DNA of 64,000 nt, taken from contig CAWJDT010000005.1 of the NCBI GenBank assembly GCA_963841735.1, positions 32,001 to 96,000 on the forward strand, written 5' to 3'. The number at the start of each line of letters is the position of its first letter. The stretch's first letter is position 1. A program made the translations under genes and the position numbers. A model generated the notes under the pieces. The model was not told the origin of the DNA. It was given only the letters and a program-made list of their open reading frames with translations, and searched no databases. Positions 47,994 to 58,455 of the stretch are shown here, one piece after another. This stretch comes from an uncultured Actinomycetes bacterium. GTDB lineage: Bacteria; Actinomycetota; Thermoleophilia; RBG-16-64-13.

Positions 47994-50084
47994 TTAGCCC
48001 GCCGTGGTCCCCAGTGCCTCAGACACCTTCGCCCACTCTTCGTAGAGGGCCGCTATCTCGTCGGCCAGGGCGGCCGCTTCGCTCGAAGCGGTGCTCAGCA
48101 GTTCGTAGTCGGAGGCGTGAGCGGGGTCGCTCATGAGGGCGGCGAGTTCGCCTTGGCGGGCTTCGGCGGCTTCTATGCGGCGCTCGATCTTGCGGTGGCG
48201 GCTGCTGAGCTCCTTGCGCTCTTTGTAGCCCAGCTCCACCGTGAGGGCGGGGGCTTTTGCGGCGCCCGACTTGGCGCCGCCCGCACGAGCGGCCGACGGC
48301 CGACTCGCCGCCGCTACCGGGGCCGCGGCGGCGGCAGGTTTCGCGTCGCTCGCCGAAACCGGTGCGCTCTTGCTGCCCGCGGCTGGTTCCGTCGCCGGCG
48401 GCTTGGCCGCCGGCGCGGGGGCCGGTGTGGCGGCACCGGCAGCCTGGGCCTTTTTCCATTGGTAGTACTCCCAGTCACCCTGGTAGTGAGTCACCCGCCC
48501 GTCGCGCACCTCTATCACCTTCGTGCCGATGGCGTTGATGAGGTGCCGGTCGTGGCTGATGAAGATCACCGAGCCCTCGAACTGGCGAAGCGCCTCCGTG
48601 AGGACGGCGCGCGAGTCCATGTCCAGGTGGTTTGTCGGCTCATCCAGCAACAGTAGCCCCGCGGGGTCCATCAGCATGCGGGCCAAAGCGAGACGAGCTT
48701 TTTCGCCCCCCGAAAGAACGCCCACCTTCTTGGTGACGTCATCCTCACCAAAGAGAAACGTGCCCAGGAATCTCCGCACCTCAGGCATGCGATTCGCGGG
48801 GCCGGCCACCTCCTCCATGGTCTTGAGCACAGTCCGCCCGGGATGGAGCACCTCCAGCTGGTGCTGGGCGAAGTACTCACGGCGCACGTTGTGTCCCAGG
48901 TTGACTGCTCCGCCGTCGGGCTCGATGGCCCCGGCGAGCAGCTTGAGCAGCGTGGACTTGCCCGCTCCGTTAGGGCCGACGAGTGCGATCTTCTCACCCC
49001 GCTCGATCACGAGGTCGAGCTTCTTGTAGACCACGATATCGCCGTAAGCCTTGCGGACGTGCTTGACCTCGGCCACCACCCTGCCTGCGCGCGGGGGCTG
49101 CGGAAAGCGGAACTTGATGGTCTTGCGATCTAAGCTGGGAGCGTCGATACGCTCGGTATTCTCGAGCTTGCGGATGCGCTGCTGCACCTGCTTGGCCTTG
49201 GTGTTCTTGGCACGGAAGCGGCGGATAAAGGCCTCGGCCGACTCGATCTCGCGCTGCTGGTTCTTGGCCGCGTTGACCAAACCCTCGTATCGCATCTTCT
49301 TCTCTTGCTCAAAATGGTCGTAGTCGCCCGTGTACAGGTCGATCATGCCCCGGTCGAGATCGGCGATGTGCGTGACCATGCGGTTGAGAAAGTAACGGTC
49401 GTGAGAGATGACCATCAGCGCCCCGGTCCAGTTGAGCAGGAACTCTTCCAGCCATAGCAGGCTCTCCAGGTCGAGATGGTTGGTGGGCTCGTCCATGAGC
49501 AGCAGATCGGGCTGTTCCAGCAGGAGACGGGCCAGCGCGACCCTCATGCGCCAGCCTCCAGATAGCTCGGCGATCTGCCGGCCAAAGTCGTTGTCTTTGA
49601 AGCCCATGCCGCGCAGGATGGTCTGGGCTCGAGCTTCAAGCTCGTAGCCATGGGCGTCTTCAAAGGCGGTCTGCAGGGCTCCCATTTCGTTCAGGAGCGC
49701 TTCGGGGTCGGCGGTACTCCCCTCGGCCAGGGTGCCGTCGGCCGCGGAACCGGCGTAGGCCTCACTGATCTGATGACCCAACTCGACGATGCGCCGCTCG
49801 GCCGTGAGAATCTCCATGTGCGAGGCCAGAACCTCCTCCATGACCGCGTGATCGGAGATCTCCTCGATCTCCTGTGGCAAGAAGCCGATGCGCATGTCCT
49901 TGCGGCCGCTGACCTCTCCCCCGTCAAGCGACATCTCCCCCACTATCAAACGGAGCAGGGTGGTCTTGCCGGCCCCATTGGGACCTATAAGACCCACGCG
50001 CATGCCCGGCTTGATATGCAGGCTGGCTTCGTCGAGCAGTATCTGGCTGCCGAAGGACTTGGAGATGTCGGTTAGGTGTAGCAT
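47994..50084 (-). CDS. ABC-F family ATPase
   Basis: Two GPNGAGK Walker A motifs, LSGG, DEPTNHLD, no TM, C-terminal coiled coil. Confidence 0.93.
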   Translation of the reverse strand: MLHLTDISKSFGSQILLDEASLHIKPGMRVGLIGPNGAGKTTLLRLIVGEMSLDGGEVSGRKDMRIGFLPQEIEEISDHAVMEEVLASHMEILTAERRIVELGHQISEAYAGSAADGTLAEGSTADPEALLNEMGALQTAFEDAHGYELEARAQTILRGMGFKDNDFGRQIAELSGGWRMRVALARLLLEQPDLLLMDEPTNHLDLESLLWLEEFLLNWTGALMVISHDRYFLNRMVTHIADLDRGMIDLYTGDYDHFEQEKKMRYEGLVNAAKNQQREIESAEAFIRRFRAKNTKAKQVQQRIRKLENTERIDAPSLDRKTIKFRFPQPPRAGRVVAEVKHVRKAYGDIVVYKKLDLVIERGEKIALVGPNGAGKSTLLKLLAGAIEPDGGAVNLGHNVRREYFAQHQLEVLHPGRTVLKTMEEVAGPANRMPEVRRFLGTFLFGEDDVTKKVGVLSGGEKARLALARMLMDPAGLLLLDEPTNHLDMDSRAVLTEALRQFEGSVIFISHDRHLINAIGTKVIEVRDGRVTHYQGDWEYYQWKKAQAAGAATPAPAPAAKPPATEPAAGSKSAPVSASDAKPAAAAAPVAAASRPSAARAGGAKSGAAKAPALTVELGYKERKELSSRHRKIERRIEAAEARQGELAALMSDPAHASDYELLSTASSEAAALADEIAALYEEWAKVSEALGTTAG

Positions 50085-50199
50085 CAGCGTGGAAGGATAA
50101 CACCGACGGAGAACCGAACCGTCGGAACGGCCCGGCCGGCCCGCCGCCGGAAGCCGCGCGGCGCCCCGCCGGTCCCGCTACGCGGACCGGCCTGAGCGC

Positions 50200-51066
50200 T
50201 CAGTCATCCCAGAAAACACCCGGGTCGACGGCGGGAACGACCCCGACATCCGCAGCCGTCTGCAGCAGGTGCCTGATGGCCTCCTCGCCCTCCGGTCCGT
50301 AGTCGAGGGTGAATTCGTTCACATAAAGCTCGATGTGTGCCCGGCAGACGTCCGCATCCATCTCTTGCGAGTGCTCCCGAACGTACCGCATGACCTCTTC
50401 CTCGTGCATGCGGGCATGCTCCAGGCTCAAACGCACCGTGCGCTCCACCTGTTCTTGCAGCGGCCGGGCCAGCTCGCGCGACACGGCGATGCCACCCAGG
50501 GGGATGGGGAACCCGCTGGTGTCCTCCCACCATTCGCCCAGGTCGACCAGCCGCCGCAGCCCGTAGCTGCCGAAGGTGAAGCGCCCTTCGTGGATGACCA
50601 CCCCAGCATCGACCTCACCCGCTGCTACAGCGGGCATGATCTCGTGGAAAGGCATCACCAGCGGCCGTTTCAATCCCCCGGTGAACAGGCCGGCCAGCAG
50701 CGCCGCCGTTGTAAGGGTCCCGGGGATGGCCACCCGAGCCCGAGCCAATTCGTCGACGAGTTCGGCCACCCGCCGAACCGAGGGCGCGGCACGGAGGCGT
50801 GAGTCTTTGCGCGCCACCACCAGAGGACCACACCCCCGCCCCAACGCGCCCCCGGAGTGAAGCAGGGCATATCTGTCGCGCACTTGAGCGAAGGCACGAA
50901 ACGAGATCTTGATCACATCGGCCAAGCCGTCCGCGGCCAATCGATTGAGCGTGTCGATGTCCTCCAGCCGTTCCTCCACGGTGGGCGCCCCAGGTACAAG
51001 CCCCTGCACCCAGGCGTGGAAGATGAACGTGTCGTTGGGACAGGGTGAATAGGCGAGCCGCAGCAC
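50200..51066 (-). CDS. mqnD: 1,4-dihydroxy-6-naphthoate synthase
   Basis: SPCPNDTF, GGALGRGCGP, IHEGRFT, DLGEWW, PIPLG, HIELYVN. Confidence 0.95.
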   Translation of the reverse strand: MLRLAYSPCPNDTFIFHAWVQGLVPGAPTVEERLEDIDTLNRLAADGLADVIKISFRAFAQVRDRYALLHSGGALGRGCGPLVVARKDSRLRAAPSVRRVAELVDELARARVAIPGTLTTAALLAGLFTGGLKRPLVMPFHEIMPAVAAGEVDAGVVIHEGRFTFGSYGLRRLVDLGEWWEDTSGFPIPLGGIAVSRELARPLQEQVERTVRLSLEHARMHEEEVMRYVREHSQEMDADVCRAHIELYVNEFTLDYGPEGEEAIRHLLQTAADVGVVPAVDPGVFWDD

Positions 51067-51076
51067 TATGCCGCCT

Positions 51077-51958
51077 CTACCGCGAAAGAGCGGCCACTAT
51101 GGCCAAAGCTGCCTCGCCGGCCGCCGCCACCGCCCGCTCCATCTGCCAGGCGCCGCGGTCCCTATCGCCCACCAGGTTGCTTATGCCCCGCACCTCCAGA
51201 AACGGCACCCCATACAAGGCACAGATGTGCGCGGCGGCAGCCCCTTCCATGGATTCCGCCAGCGCACCCCAGCGCCCATAGATGGTGTCGGCCTCAGCCT
51301 GCCGGCCGGTGGCCTGGGAAGAGGTGACGCAGGGCCCGGTATGGATCTTGAGCCCCACGCCGGGCCACTCAAGCGCCGTCGTCGCTCCACGAGCGGCCTC
51401 GACCATCAACGGGTCGAGCGGAAAGATGCCGCTGAGCTCCACCCCTGCCACCCGAGCGATGGGGAGCCCCAGGTCGGCAGCGGAGAGCCAGCCCTCAGGG
51501 CTGGAGCTGCCGGTGTCGGAATACGCCTCCTGCGTGGCCAACACGACATCGCCTATCTCGACGACCGCTCCGAGCGCGGTACTATGCGCCGCCCCTCCGG
51601 GAGAGCGAAACGCACCGGCCACGCCCACCTGCACAACCAACGAAGGGCCGGGCTGCATGATCTCCAGGAGACAGGTGAGCATATGGGCGGTGTTGGCCTT
51701 GTCGCATCCCCCGATGGCGAGCGCCGCCGGCACGGTACAGGGGATCCTTTGTCCGCAGGGAGTCACCGCGCGCTCGTCTGGGATCGCGGACGTAGCGTCC
51801 AGTTCGCCAAGAATGACCGTCTTAGTACCAACCTGGATGGAGCGCGCGGCGGCCAAGGCCGCGCGCAACGGCATCGCCTCAGCCTCAGTGGCCGTTAGAA
51901 GCACGACCGACCGGGTGCGGGCGAGTTCGCGCAGCTCGTCGGTGCCCGACGGCCCCAC
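51077..51958 (-). CDS. mqnB: Futalosine hydrolase
   Basis: PNP-family motifs GVAGAF, ESMEGAA, EVRGISNLVGDRD..W; adjacent to mqnD. Confidence 0.88.
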   Translation of the reverse strand: MGPSGTDELRELARTRSVVLLTATEAEAMPLRAALAAARSIQVGTKTVILGELDATSAIPDERAVTPCGQRIPCTVPAALAIGGCDKANTAHMLTCLLEIMQPGPSLVVQVGVAGAFRSPGGAAHSTALGAVVEIGDVVLATQEAYSDTGSSSPEGWLSAADLGLPIARVAGVELSGIFPLDPLMVEAARGATTALEWPGVGLKIHTGPCVTSSQATGRQAEADTIYGRWGALAESMEGAAAAHICALYGVPFLEVRGISNLVGDRDRGAWQMERAVAAAGEAALAIVAALSR

Positions 51959-53448
51959 TAGGCACCTTCCAGCAGAAGAAGGTCGGGATCCTCTAAATAG
52001 CCTATGACCAGATTGAGGAAACGAGCCGCCTCTGCTCCATCGATGAGCTGGTGATCGAAGGTGAGCGACAGGGGCAGAAGCAGGCGGGTCACTACCTTCT
52101 CGGCCCGCACCACGGGCAGCTCCCGCACGCGCCCCATGCCCAGGATGGCCACTTCGGGGTAGTTGGTCACGGGCGTGGCAAACGTCCCGCCCACCGCGCC
52201 GTAGTTGGTGATCGTGAACGTGCCTCCGTGCAGTTCCCGCAGCTCGATCTTGCGCTGCTCGGCCCGGTCGACCAAGTCGACGATCTCGGATGCGATTTCA
52301 AAAATGCTCTTCTGGTCGGCGTCTTTGATGTTCGGTACCACCAGTCCGCTCTTGGTGTCGATCGCTATGCCGATGTTGTAGTAGCGCTTGAGCACGAACT
52401 CGTCGCCGGATTCATCCAGAGTCGCGTTGAGCCGGGGGAAGCGCTGAAGCGCCGCCGTGCAGGCCTTGATCGCGAAGGCCAGATAGGTGAGCCGCACCCC
52501 CCTCTCGGCCGCGACCGTGCGCTCCTTCTCCTTGATGCGCCTGATGATGGTGACGTCGGCCTCGTCCATGGTGGTCACCTGCGCCTGCTTGGCAACCGAC
52601 TCGGCCATATGCCGCGCCATGGTGCGCCGCACTCCCCTGAAGGGCACTCGTTCTACCGGCCCGAACGCGTCGCTGTCCAAGGCGCCGGCCATCAGGGGTA
52701 CGTCGGCCGGCAACGCAGCCCGCTCACCCGCCGCTGCACCCATTGCCGCACCGCCCGCTGCGAGCGCCGGCGCGGCCGCGGCCGCGCCGCCCGGGGCCGG
52801 GATCCCATAGGCCACGGTCTCGGCCACGTCTTGCACGTCTTCCTTGAGGATGCGGCCTCCCGGCCCGGTGCCGCGGATGCCCGTCAGATCGACGCCCAGC
52901 TCCTTCGCGAGCGCCCTGACAGACGGCAGGGCGAGAACGCCGCTCGCGGCCGGCTCGGCGGCGGCTGCCGCGGTGTGCCCGACGCGGGGGCCACGGGCAT
53001 CGCCGCGGCCACGGGCTGAGCGATCGCCTCTGGCTCCTCGGGAGCTTCCTCCAGCCTGCCCACCACCGACCCCGTGTAGGGCTCCTCGGCGGCGAGTTCA
53101 GGCGCCCTGACGGCGGGCGCCGCGGCGGCGGGCAAGGGCGGCGGACGGCGGTTCGGCCACCGGCGGCGCACCGGCCGGGGACGCCGGCGGCGTGGCGGCC
53201 GTTCCCTCAGCGCCTTCCTCAATGGTCACCAGGACGGCGCCTACTTTGACGATGTCGCCCTCGGCCGCATGAAGCTTTGTTACTCGGCCGGCTCGCGGCG
53301 ACGGGAGTTCCACCACCGCCTTGTCGGTCTCCATCTCGGCCAGAGTCTGGTCCTGGGCGACCATATCACCCTCCTTGACCTTCCAGGAAAGAAGCTCTCC
53401 CTCGGCGATCCCTTCACCGATGTCCGGGAACTTGAACTCGTACTCCAC
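51958..53448 (-). CDS. pdhC: 2-oxoacid dehydrogenase E2 (dihydrolipoamide acyltransferase); two compensating frameshifts in the linker
   Basis: Lipoyl ETDKA, GTGPGGRI E3-binding domain, FDHQLIDG catalytic motif. Confidence 0.88.
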
Positions 53449-53463
53449 GGCACGCTCCTTCGG

Positions 53464-54445
53464 TCAGAACCCAAGGGTGGTCTTGACGGCCTCGACAACC
53501 GAGTCCACGTCCGGCTGATAATAGTCCTCCAGCTTGGCCAGCGGGGGAACAGTGTCGAAACCGGTGACGCGCAGCACCGGCGCCTGCAGATGCAGCACCG
53601 CCCGCTCCATGATCTGTGCCGAGATCTCGGCCCCGAAGCCGCCGCTACGCGGGGCTTCGTGCACTATCACCGCCCGGCCGGTCTTGGCCACGCTGGCTAT
53701 CACGGTCTCGAAGTCGAACGGCGCCAGGCTGCGGACGTCGATGATCTCCACGTCGGCCGCTCCCTCCGCCTCCAACCGCTGCGCCGCCTCCTTGAGCGTG
53801 CGCACGTGCGCCCCCCAGGCGAGCACGGTCACATCGCGTCCTTCGCGCACCACCCGGGCTCTTCCCAGAGGGCAACGTATACGGCTCCTCGGGCACGTCG
53901 GCCTTGATGGCCCGGTATATGCGGGCCGGTTCCAAGAAGATCACCGGGTCCGGATCGCGCACCGCGGAGGCCAGAAGCCCCTTGGCTTCGTAGGGATCGG
54001 CGGGGATGACCACCTTGAGGCCGGGAACGTGGGCGAACACGGCCTCCATGCTCTCCGAGTGATGCTCCAGCGCCCGGATGCCTCCCCCGTAGGGCGTCCT
54101 CACCACCAGCGGCACCGTGAACTCGCCGCGGCTCCTGTTGCGCATCCGAGAGGCGTGGCACACCAATTGGTCGTAGGCGGGATAGGCGAAGCCCGCGAAC
54201 TGGATCTCGGCTACGGGCCGGTAGCCTGCGATGGCCATGCCGATGGCCATGCCCACGATGCCCGACTCGGCCAGAGGGGTGTCGATGACCCGGTCTTCGC
54301 CGAAGCGCTGCACCAGCCCATCGGTCACCCGGAAGACTCCCCCGTCGCGGCCCACGTCCTCGCCCAGCACGACGACCTTGGGGTCCAGTTGCATCTCCTG
54401 CTGAAGCGCCTGATCGATGGCCTCCACCATGTTCAGCCGGGCCAT
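53464..54445 (-). CDS. pdhB: 2-oxoacid dehydrogenase E1 beta; frameshift near 53865
   Basis: GEDVG..GGVFR, DTPLAE, AEIQF, HHSES; VHEA in second frame. Confidence 0.9.
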
Positions 54446-54447
54446 GG

Positions 54448-55528
54448 TCACCGCCTCCTTGCCAGGCGGGCCGTCAGCTCAGCCTGCTGCTCGACCAGTT
54501 GCGGGGTCATCTCGGCGAAGACGTGCTTGAACATCTCTTCCGGTCCCGGCGGAGGCGATGGCCTCGAAGGCAGTCACGGCAGCGGCCGCTTTGGCATCGG
54601 CTTCCTCGATCACCCGGGCTGCGCCGGCGTCGTCCAGGAGTCCCTTGGCCCGCAGGTAGCGCCCCAGCCGCTCGATGGGATCCCGCTGTCGCCAAGGCTC
54701 CACTTCGTCCTCAGCCCGGTAGCGCCGGGAGTCGTCGGAGGTGGTGTGGTCCATCACCCGATAGGTCAGAGCCTCGATGAGGGTGGGCTCCTGCCCGGTG
54801 CGAGCCCGTTCCAGAGCCTCCTTGGTCACCCGATATACGGCGAACACGTCGTTGCCGTCCACCTGCACGCCGAACATGCCGTAGGCAAGCGCCTTCTGCG
54901 CGACCGTGGGAGCCGCGGTCTGCTTGCTGTATGGGAGCGAGATGGCGTACTGGTTGTTCTGGCAGAAGAAGACCACCGGCAGCTTGAACACCGCGGCCAT
55001 GTTCATGGCCTCGCTGAAATCGCCCTCCGAAGTCGCCCCTTCCCCGAAAAAGGTGAGGGCCGCCACCTCTTCCCCCGCCTGCTTCATGGCCCAGGCTATG
55101 CCCACCGCATGCAGCATGTGCGTGCCCACGGGGATCGCCACCGGCAGCGTGCGCAGCTCCCGGGGAAAGGCCGCCCCCCGTTCGTCTCCTCCCCAGTACT
55201 GCAGCAGCTGTTCCAGGGGGATGCCCCGCAAGATGAGGGCGCCCATCTCTCGAAAGGCGGGAACCAGCCAATCGTCCGGCCGCAGAGCGAAAGCCGCCCC
55301 CACGTGCGCCGCCTCCTGGCCCGTCACCCGCCCGAAGGTACCCATACGACCCTGGCGCTGGAGCTTGAACATGCGCTCGTCGAACTGCCGGGTTAGCACC
55401 ATGTGCCCGTAGAGACTCAGCATCTCTTCAGGAGAAAGGGCGGGCATGAGGGCCTCGTCCACTTGCCCCTCTTGGTCCATGACCTCCACGCGGTCTATGC
55501 CGTACGAAACGAGAGAGCGGATCGGCAC
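54448..55528 (-). CDS. pdhA: 2-oxoacid dehydrogenase E1 alpha; frameshift near 54550
   Basis: [20 protein letters not shown]...NNQYAIS TPP motif, HTTSDD. Confidence 0.9.
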
Positions 55529-55542
55529 CGGCGGTCCTCCTC

Positions 55543-56649
55543 TTAGCTCATCACCACTACTGCTGCTCCCCTGATGTGCCCCTTGCGTAAACTCTCCAGC
55601 GCTTCGCCGGCCTGCTCTAGGGCGAACGGCTCCACCTCTGTGCGCACCGGTACCCGCGGAGCCAAGGCCAAGAACTCCAGCCCATCCTGCCTGGTGAGAT
55701 TGGCCACGGAGCGCACCGTCCGCTCCCCCCACAGGATCTCGTACGGAAACGAAGGGATGTCGCTCATGTGGATGCCGCCGCACACCACTACTCCGCCCTT
55801 GGCCACCGCCCGAAGCGCCACCGGCACAAGTTCGCCAGCCGGCGCGAAGATGAGAGCCGCGTCAAGTTCTTCCGGAGCGGCTGTGGCCGTGTCCCCCGCC
55901 CATTCGGCCCCCATCTCCCGGGCAAACTCCTGCGAGGTGACATCACCGGGACGCGTAAAGGCGAACACCCTGCGGCCTTGGTGGCGGGCCACCTGCGTCA
56001 CGATGTGAGCAGCGGCGCCAAAGCCGTAGATGCCCAAGCGCTCCGCCTCTCCGGTCATTCTCAGCGAACGGTAGCCGATGAGCCCCGCGCATAGCAGCGG
56101 CGCCGCCTGCAGGGGTGGGTATCCCGCGGGGATGGAAAAGCAGAAACGGGCGTCGGCCACCGCGTATTCGGCAAAGCCGCCGTCGAGATCGTACCCGGTG
56201 AACTTGGCCTGGTCGCAGAGGTTTTCGCGGCCACTGAGGCAGTATCTGCAGCACCCGCAGGTGTAGCCCAACCAGGGGATGCCCACCCGCGCACCCAACG
56301 CGGGCGCCCCCAGCCACCCGCCGAGTGCCGGCGCGCGACTCGGCGCCGGCGCTTCGCCGGGCTCGGAAGCGGTCGCCCCAGCCGCGCCGGCACTCGGCGC
56401 CGCGTTCACCGGCGCCACCTGCTCCAGCTCTGCCGCGGCCCCCACCGCGTCGACGATCCCTACTATCTGATGACCGGGAATGAGCGGCAACTTGGGGTGA
56501 GGCAACTCTCCATCGAGCACGTGCAGGTCGGTGCGGCAGATGCCGCAGGCTTCCACCTTGATACGCACCTGCCCCGCCCCAGGCCGGGGCACGGGGACTT
56601 CCGTCGGTCGCAACGGCCACCTAGGCGCCTCAAGGATCATGGCCCTCAT
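55543..56649 (-). CDS. Zinc-dependent alcohol dehydrogenase (AdhP-like)
   Basis: CGICRTDLH, IPGHQ, CGCCRYC...ENLC, PLLCAG, GFGAAA. Confidence 0.93.
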   Translation of the reverse strand: MRAMILEAPRWPLRPTEVPVPRPGAGQVRIKVEACGICRTDLHVLDGELPHPKLPLIPGHQIVGIVDAVGAAAELEQVAPVNAAPSAGAAGATASEPGEAPAPSRAPALGGWLGAPALGARVGIPWLGYTCGCCRYCLSGRENLCDQAKFTGYDLDGGFAEYAVADARFCFSIPAGYPPLQAAPLLCAGLIGYRSLRMTGEAERLGIYGFGAAAHIVTQVARHQGRRVFAFTRPGDVTSQEFAREMGAEWAGDTATAAPEELDAALIFAPAGELVPVALRAVAKGGVVVCGGIHMSDIPSFPYEILWGERTVRSVANLTRQDGLEFLALAPRVPVRTEVEPFALEQAGEALESLRKGHIRGAAVVVMS

Positions 56650-56832
56650 AGGTACCTCCCCCGTCTGCATAACGCACCACCGGCCGGGCCGCGCGCAGCT
56701 TGCTCTTCGGACGCGCGCGGCGCCCTACACCTCGCGCGGCCGCCGGACTGCCGGCCCACCGCAGCCTCGCCGTCACCCGAGCCGCGCGGCGCGGAGCCCG
56801 CGCCTCAGCGACTCTCATGCGCCGGTGCCGCC

Positions 56833-58237
56833 CTACTTCTTGCCGGAAGGCCCTCCCAATTCGATGACCTGGCCTTTGGCGGGCACCATCACACTGAAGT
56901 GCAACTTCTCCTCCAGGAGTTTCTGCAGCGCCAACGAAGCCGCGGGCTCGCCGTGAGTGACGATTGTCAGCCGCGGCGGCTTGAAGTGCGAAGCCCACTC
57001 CATGAGCTGGGCCTGGTCGGCGTGGGCCGACAGTCCGGTGACGTCGTGCACCTGCGCCTTTACCGCGATGTCCTCACCGAAGATGCGCACGTTGGTGGCG
57101 CCCTCGAGCAGACGACGGCCGAGAGTGCCTTGCGCCTGGAAGCCCGCGATCACCACGTGGGCCTCCGGTCGCCACAGGTTGTGCTTCAGGTGATGGCGGA
57201 TCCTCCCGGCGTCGGCCATGCCACTCGCCGAGATGATCACCACCCCCTTCTTGCCGTTCAGCGCCTTGGACTCCTCCGCGCTGGCGGTGTAGTGCAGCTG
57301 TGAGATAGTCGAAGATGCCGCCGGGCTCATGTACGACCTTCCGCGCTTCCTCGTCGAAAGCCTCCGGATGGCGCCTGTAGACCTCGGTAGCCCGCGAGGC
57401 CAAAGGGCTATCCACGTAGATGGGCATGTCCAGGCCCTGCTTGTCGAGGATGTCCCGCAGGAAGTAGAGGATCTCTTGCGTCCTCCCCACTGCAAAGGCC
57501 GGGATGATGACGTTGCCCCCGGTGCGCTTGGCCTCCTCGAGTATGGCCGCCAGTTGCTGTTCGGGATCCCCGCTCCGCTCGTGCAGCCGGTCGCCGTACG
57601 TGGACTCCATGACCAGATAGTCGGTCTCGACGATGACTTCGGGGTCGCGGATGATGGGCTGATGCGGCTGGCCCACGTCGCCGCTGAAGAGCACCTTGAC
57701 CTTCTCCCCGTTCTCTTCCAGATCCAATGCGAGAAAGGCGGAGCCAAGGATGTGCCCGGCGTCGTGGAAGGTCACCGTCACGCCGGGAGCGAGCTGAGTC
57801 GGCTTCGCGTACTCGACGGGCTTGAGCAGAGCAATCGCGCGGCGCGCATCGTCCTGGTCGTACAGCGGCTCCGCCGCCGGCCGGCCCGCGCGCTGTGCCT
57901 TCCGGGTCTGCCACTCGGCCTCCATCTCCTGGATGTACGCCGAGTCGAGCAGCATGATCTCCGCCAAGTCGCAGGTGGCCGGAGTGCTGTAGATGGGATT
58001 CTTGAAACCCTGTTTCACCAGGCGGGGAAGCCTGCCCGAGTGGTCGATGTGTGCGTGAGTGACCAGCACGAAGTCCAGCGACTGGGGGTCGAAAGGAAAC
58101 GGCTCGAAGTTCTGGGCGAACTCCTTGTCGCCCCCCTGGTGCATGCCGCAATCCACCAGGAACCGGGTCTCCCCGACCTCGACCACATAGCAGGATCCCG
58201 TCACCTCACGCGCCGCCCCACATACCTGAATGAACAT
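56833..58237 (-). CDS. MBL-fold beta-CASP ribonuclease; frameshift near 57305
   Basis: GAAREVTGS, THAHIDHSG, AGHILGS, MESTYG, FAVGRTQE; ISASGM, SAHAD in next frame. Confidence 0.9.
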
Positions 58238-58455
58238 CCGACCTCCTCAGACCCGATGACCGGCAGGGAACAGACGCTCCGCGGCCGACCCTCATTCGCT
58301 TGGCTATACTCTCTCACAGAGCGCCGGGGGGCGTCCGGAAATCGGAGACCAGACCTGTCGTGGTATCCTAAATGTGTTTGGCTTTTAGTCCCCGACTCGT
58401 TGGGGCTATTCATTGTCGGCAACTGTTCGTAAATCGGTAGTCTCGGAGGACCAAA

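Noticed and set aside
52767-52790. 22-bp GC palindrome in pdhC
   Set aside because: Within a naturally Ala/Pro-rich E2 linker made only of G and C; weak evidence alone
53534-55396. 620-aa plus-strand ORF (likewise 46222-47877, 18274-19749, 27229-28308)
   Set aside because: Antisense to well-supported genes; no motifs
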